A stretch of 64,000 nt of DNA, taken from NCBI GenBank assembly GCA_036785375.1, contig JAWMAR010000063.1, positions 7,440,001-7,504,000 of the forward strand, read 5' to 3'. This DNA is from Leucoraja ocellata (lineage: Eukaryota). The position numbers and the translations under genes are program-made. The notes under the pieces are model-generated. The model was given only the letters and a program-made list of their open reading frames with translations, had not been told where the DNA came from and did not search any database. Below, in pieces: positions 59,286-64,000 of this stretch (positions within the stretch are counted from its first letter, which is position 1; each line of letters begins with the position of its first letter).

Positions 59286-61644
59286 CCAGCACAGAGCAAG
59301 GTATGAACGAACACCACCTCTATCATCTTAAATGCAAGAGGAGAGAAAATTGAAAACAGACAAAAAGATACTGGAAATAAATGTTATTTTGTATGGTGTA
59401 ATGGATCACTCATGTTTGTAGAAGCAATCTGAAAAATAAGATCTAAGGACTACATTTTGAAACATTGTATTTGATTGTGTGAAATACTGGTTGAAAATTT
59501 ATTTATGAGTAAAGATGTGAATCTATAGGGTTTTTTTAAAATTAATTAACATGTCCCTAAAAAGCAACTAGGTGAGTTTCTGATAAATATGTCCACGGTT
59601 ATCAACTTGAAATGTTGGCTCTGTTTTAGTCTCCATGGCCTGATCTGCTGAGATTTCCAACAATTATTGTTTATTTCATGTTTCCAACATCTACAGTATT
59701 TTGCTGAGGTACTTTTGAGATGCAGTACGTTGCAATTTGTATTCTATAAGATCCTGCAAACAGCAATGTGATAATAGCAGATAATCTTTTAAAGGTATTA
59801 GGAAAAGGGATACATTTTGGCCAGCGCACAGAGACAACTCCCTCAATTACTTTGGAATCGTGTGGTGATTTTGTCTACATTTACCCGTACAGCCATTTTA
59901 ATGCTTTGCCGTTGCTACAACATTAGTATAGCACACCCTTAATATAACATTGATAAGGACAACAGAAGATTTTTAATTTTTCAACGCAAGTTTAAATGTG
60001 AATGATTGAGTTATTATTTAGCTAACACCACGATGTTTAAAAATGAAACCAATTATGATGTCATTTATCACACATTGTAAATTTTGGAAATTTGTATAGC
60101 AGATAAATACTGGTGACTAATATCCCAGTGACACTCTTCAATTTGGAAAAGATAATATAGATAATAAATGGAATAGATAATTAAATAGAATAAACTACTA
60201 GATTCTGCATTGTGTTTATTTCTCTTTCACACTACCTGTTGGATGCGTGTATGGTATGATCTGTCAGTGTAGAACACAAACTAATTTTTTTCCCCTGTAA
60301 CTTGGTCCATGTGACATTAGTAAACCAAGATCAAAATCAATACCAAATCCAGCAAAGTGAAGCAGGAAAACATCATTATTGTATATAGTTCCATCAAAGC
60401 TCCTCTTAGCTTTCTCTTCTCCAAAGAAAACAATTACATCCTCTGTAATCTGTTTTTTGTAATTGTAGACTTTAACCCAGGAAAAAAAAGGGTAGTATAT
60501 GGAGGAGTGGGATCTATTAAGCAGTAAATTAGTCATGTTCAGGGGCATTTGGACATGTACATAAATATGCAGGGGAATGGAGAGATATGGATCATGTGCA
60601 GACAGATGGGATTAGTGAAAGGATGGGATATGTGCAGGCAGATGGCATCATGGACAGCACAGACATCATGGGTCAAAGGGCTTTTTCCTGTGTTGTATTG
60701 TTCTATGTTCAATTAAATGAGATAGTGAATTGCAGAATAGTTTAGTTAATAAATTAATAACTTCCATATTAAATAAAAATCAAGAAGGGTTGAAACCTTC
60801 ACACCATGAATAGCCTTCTTGACATTAATAATATCAATTTGATATTGGCAATTCCAACTGGCTCACAAAATGGGAGTGATATGTTGAACAATTGTAACAT
60901 GGATAGGCTCATAGGTTTTGATGGAGATATGGAACACTTCTGTGCACATTACCAGTTGTTTTGGCTGTTCCTTGCTGATCTTAGGAACTGAAATGCTAAG
61001 AAGTCAATAACACTCAATGGATAAATCAACTTCTCATTAACATAACATGGTCTGACCATAAATAAATGGGCAAAGTTTATCTATGATCCATGGAGATGCT
61101 CACTGTTACAATCAGAAAGAATGCACAGGAGCCTGTGAACCGTTACCTCTGGGTTCAAGAACAGCTTTTTCCCATCAACTATGAGGTTCTTGGACCCGAT
61201 CCTCAACGTTACCTCAACTACCTCATCGGTACTAAACCACTACAGTCTTTGCTCTGCTTTGGTTGCTCTATGTGCTTTGGCTTTTGATTATCATGGTCTA
61301 ATTTACTAAGAATAACTGATAATTTATTGTATATTTATTGTTGTTGTATCTCATGTGCTAGGAATGCTGCAAAAAGTAAGTTTTTTTGGTTCTGATTCAT
61401 ATCTGGTGCCAATGTGGAATAAACACATGACTGTCTCTTGATGTTTAACAAGCGTTGTTTAGATGTTTTGAACAGAAAGATTTCAACTTATGTGCTGGAA
61501 TACCTTGATCGGGGCCATTCTTGTTGGACAACCTTAACTATGCAAGGGCTACTGTATTTTAACAGGTATTTTTATTTTATTCATTGACTGTTCCTGGAAT
61601 TAAGTGCTTTTAGTTAATCCACACAGTGACCGGCATAAAAGAAT

Positions 61645-61805
61645 GGCTGAAGGAAGAAAGGAAGAGAGGGGGGAGGGGACAGCGAAGTTGAAGGAGGGGA
61701 AGCAAAGAATGGAATAAAGGTGGAAGGGAAGGATGGAAGAATGAGAAGAAGGAAGGGAGGAAAGAAAGGAGAAAGGAATGAAAGAGAGATGGAGGGGAAG
61801 AAACA
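61645..61805. repeat. Purine-rich (GA) low-complexity tract
   Basis: Almost all A/G with GGAAG/GAAAG units. Confidence 0.85.
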
Positions 61806-62469
61806 ACGCTACTTAATAGTATCTTTCATTATCTCACGTCAAGCCAATGTGTTTTACAGCCAATCATGTATATTTGGAATGTAATTACTGCAGGAATAAT
61901 CTTGTAATAGAAAGTTTGTTTGATAAACAACTTTCCATTTTGTAGCATTGACTTGCCTGAAAGGTCACTGACTGAGACATTTGACTATAAGCGAGGCACG
62001 TGCATATCTTTTGTGGAATATTTACAGTAGTACCACGTGTAACCTACACAAGTGGCAATTTTACCCAGACCTTTAATATTCTTCATCATTCTTCTTTAGA
62101 TACAATTGCCATACATAGAGCAAATTGGAAATAACCAGATACTGTAGAAAAAAGTTCAGTTGAAGAATGCTGAACTGTCCTTATATCGATTAGAGACATA
62201 CAACATGGAAAGAGACCCTTTAGCCCAACTTGTCCATGCTGACCAAAATGCCCCATCTAAGCTAGTTCCATTGCCCCTGTTTAGTCCATATCCCTCTAAA
62301 GCTTTCCTATCCATGCATCTGTCCAAATGTCTTTTAAATGTTGTTATTGTCATTAGGAGACCTAAATGATCTGTATGTAGTGTTGCTTTGGGTAACTTGT
62401 CATAATGTTTACCAATTATGAGCATCAGCGTCTCTATACGCTTGTTCTTCATATATCCAGTGAAGATTA

Positions 62470-63619
62470 CAGAAGATTAATGGACCAAATTAGAGCACAG
62501 GGTATTGACATGGATAGAGAATTGGTTGGCAGGCAGGAAACAAAGAGTAGGAATAAACGGGACCAAGAAACCAAGAACCAAGAACAACCAAGTAGCAGGC
62601 AGTGGCGAGTGGAGTGCCGCAAGGCTCAATGCTGGGGCCGCAACTATTTACAATATATATTAGACGATGAGATCAAAAGTGACACAAGCAAATTTGCAGT
62701 TGACACAAAGCTGGGTGGTAGTGTGAACGGTGAAGAGGATGCTATGAGGTTGCTGGGTGACTTGGACAGGTTTACTGAGTGGGCAGATGCATGGCAGATG
62801 CAGTATAATGTAGATAAATGTGAGGTTATCCACTTTGGCAGCAAGAACAAGGAGGCAGATTATTATCTCAATGGTGTCAGATTAGGAAAAAGGGAAGTGC
62901 AACAAAACCTGGGTATCCTTGTACACCCATCACTGAAAGTAAACATGCAGGTACAGCAGGCAGTGAAGAAAGCTAATGGCATGTTGGCCTTCATAACGGG
63001 AGGATTTGAGTATCGGAGTAAATAGGTCCTTCTACAGTTGTACAGGACCCTATTGAGACCACATCTGGAGTATTGTTTGCAGTTTTGGTCTCCTAATTTG
63101 AGGAAGGCCATCCTTGTTATTGTGGCAGTGCAGTGTAGGTTCACGAGGTTAATCCCCGGGATGGCGGGACTGTCATATGAGGAAAGGTTGGAAAGACTAG
63201 GCTTATATTCACTGGAACTCAGAAGGATGAGAAGAGATCTTATAGAATCATATAAAATTATAAAAGGACTGGACATGCTAGATGCAAGAAAAATGTTACC
63301 AATGTTGGGGGAGTCCATAATCAGGGCCCACAGTCTAAGGATAAAGGGGAGGCCATTTAAAACTGAGATGAGAAAAAAAAATTTCACCCAGAGTGTTGTG
63401 AATTTGTGGAATTCTCTGCCACAGAAGGCAGTGGGGGCCAATTCACTGGTTGCATTTAAAACAGAGTTAGATAGAGCTCTAGGGGCTAGCGGAATCAAAG
63501 GATATGGGCAGAAGGCAGGCACGGGTTACTGATTGTGGATGATCAGCCATGATCACAATGAATGGTAGTGCTGGCTCGAAGGGCCGAATGGCCTCCTCTA
63601 TTGTCTATGCTTCTATGTT
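62470..63619 (+). mobile_element. 5'-truncated CR1 LINE (disrupted ORF2)
   Basis: ORFs 62405-63025 and 63038-63532 give the CR1 RT C-terminus ([26 protein letters not shown]), split by a stop. TTCTATG tail. Confidence 0.93.
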
Positions 63620-64000
63620 AAGTGTAAGTTGAATTGATTTCTTGATATAAGGATACAGTAAAGTAGTCTGTCACAAAATTGAGCACAAGTATTGTCAAAA
63701 CCTGTTACAAAACTTCCTATGCCTTCATCATATGAAGTTTCAGTGCGACAAATGGAGATTGTCAGGGAAATGTTTACTTTTAGGTGCCTTTAAATGTACC
63801 CGAAGCTTCATTGAACTGTAAAAAATTCAAATCAAAGGTGATTTATTTTTAAAGAAGTGTTGCAGTTTATGTATGTGTGTCTTTGTGACATTCTCCTTGT
63901 CTTTTTTCGTTATTATGCAGTATTTTCTCTCCGTCGTTATCACTGTGGCTTTTGTTTATGTTTCTCTCCTTGCCAGGGTTTGGGAGAGTGGTTTTCAAAG

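Noticed and set aside
63940-64000. Strong plus-strand acceptor-like site (tttctctccttgccag at 63976)
   Set aside because: Only 24 nt follow before the window ends, so it cannot be evaluated.

Overview
Vertebrate genomic DNA. The repeat content (HE1-type V-SINEs, CR1/HER1 LINEs, Deu-domain SINEs, Penelope remnants) points to a cartilaginous fish, probably a skate or ray (inference). One complete protein-coding gene is supportable: a minus-strand GATA4/5/6-class double zinc-finger transcription factor. It has six coding exons (51225-50730, 39795-39629, 33947-33822, 30591-30504, 28486-28362, 27362-27225), all with GT-AG introns and matching phases, giving 1140 nt / 379 aa. It is closest to GATA4 but unusually divergent and partly mosaic with GATA5/6, so it is a candidate fourth, otherwise-lost GATA4/5/6 ohnolog. 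The gene lies in a CpG-retaining domain. The rest is intronic or intergenic and rich in repeats: young and old CR1 LINEs (some nested), SINEs, two PIF/Harbinger-type MITEs, and many short Penelope-derived elements carrying minimal hammerhead-ribozyme motifs, often as fold-back palindromes. Most ORFs in the supplied track are repeat-derived or spurious. There is one 177-N assembly gap. Repeat boundaries were read by eye and are approximate unless a TSD is given.
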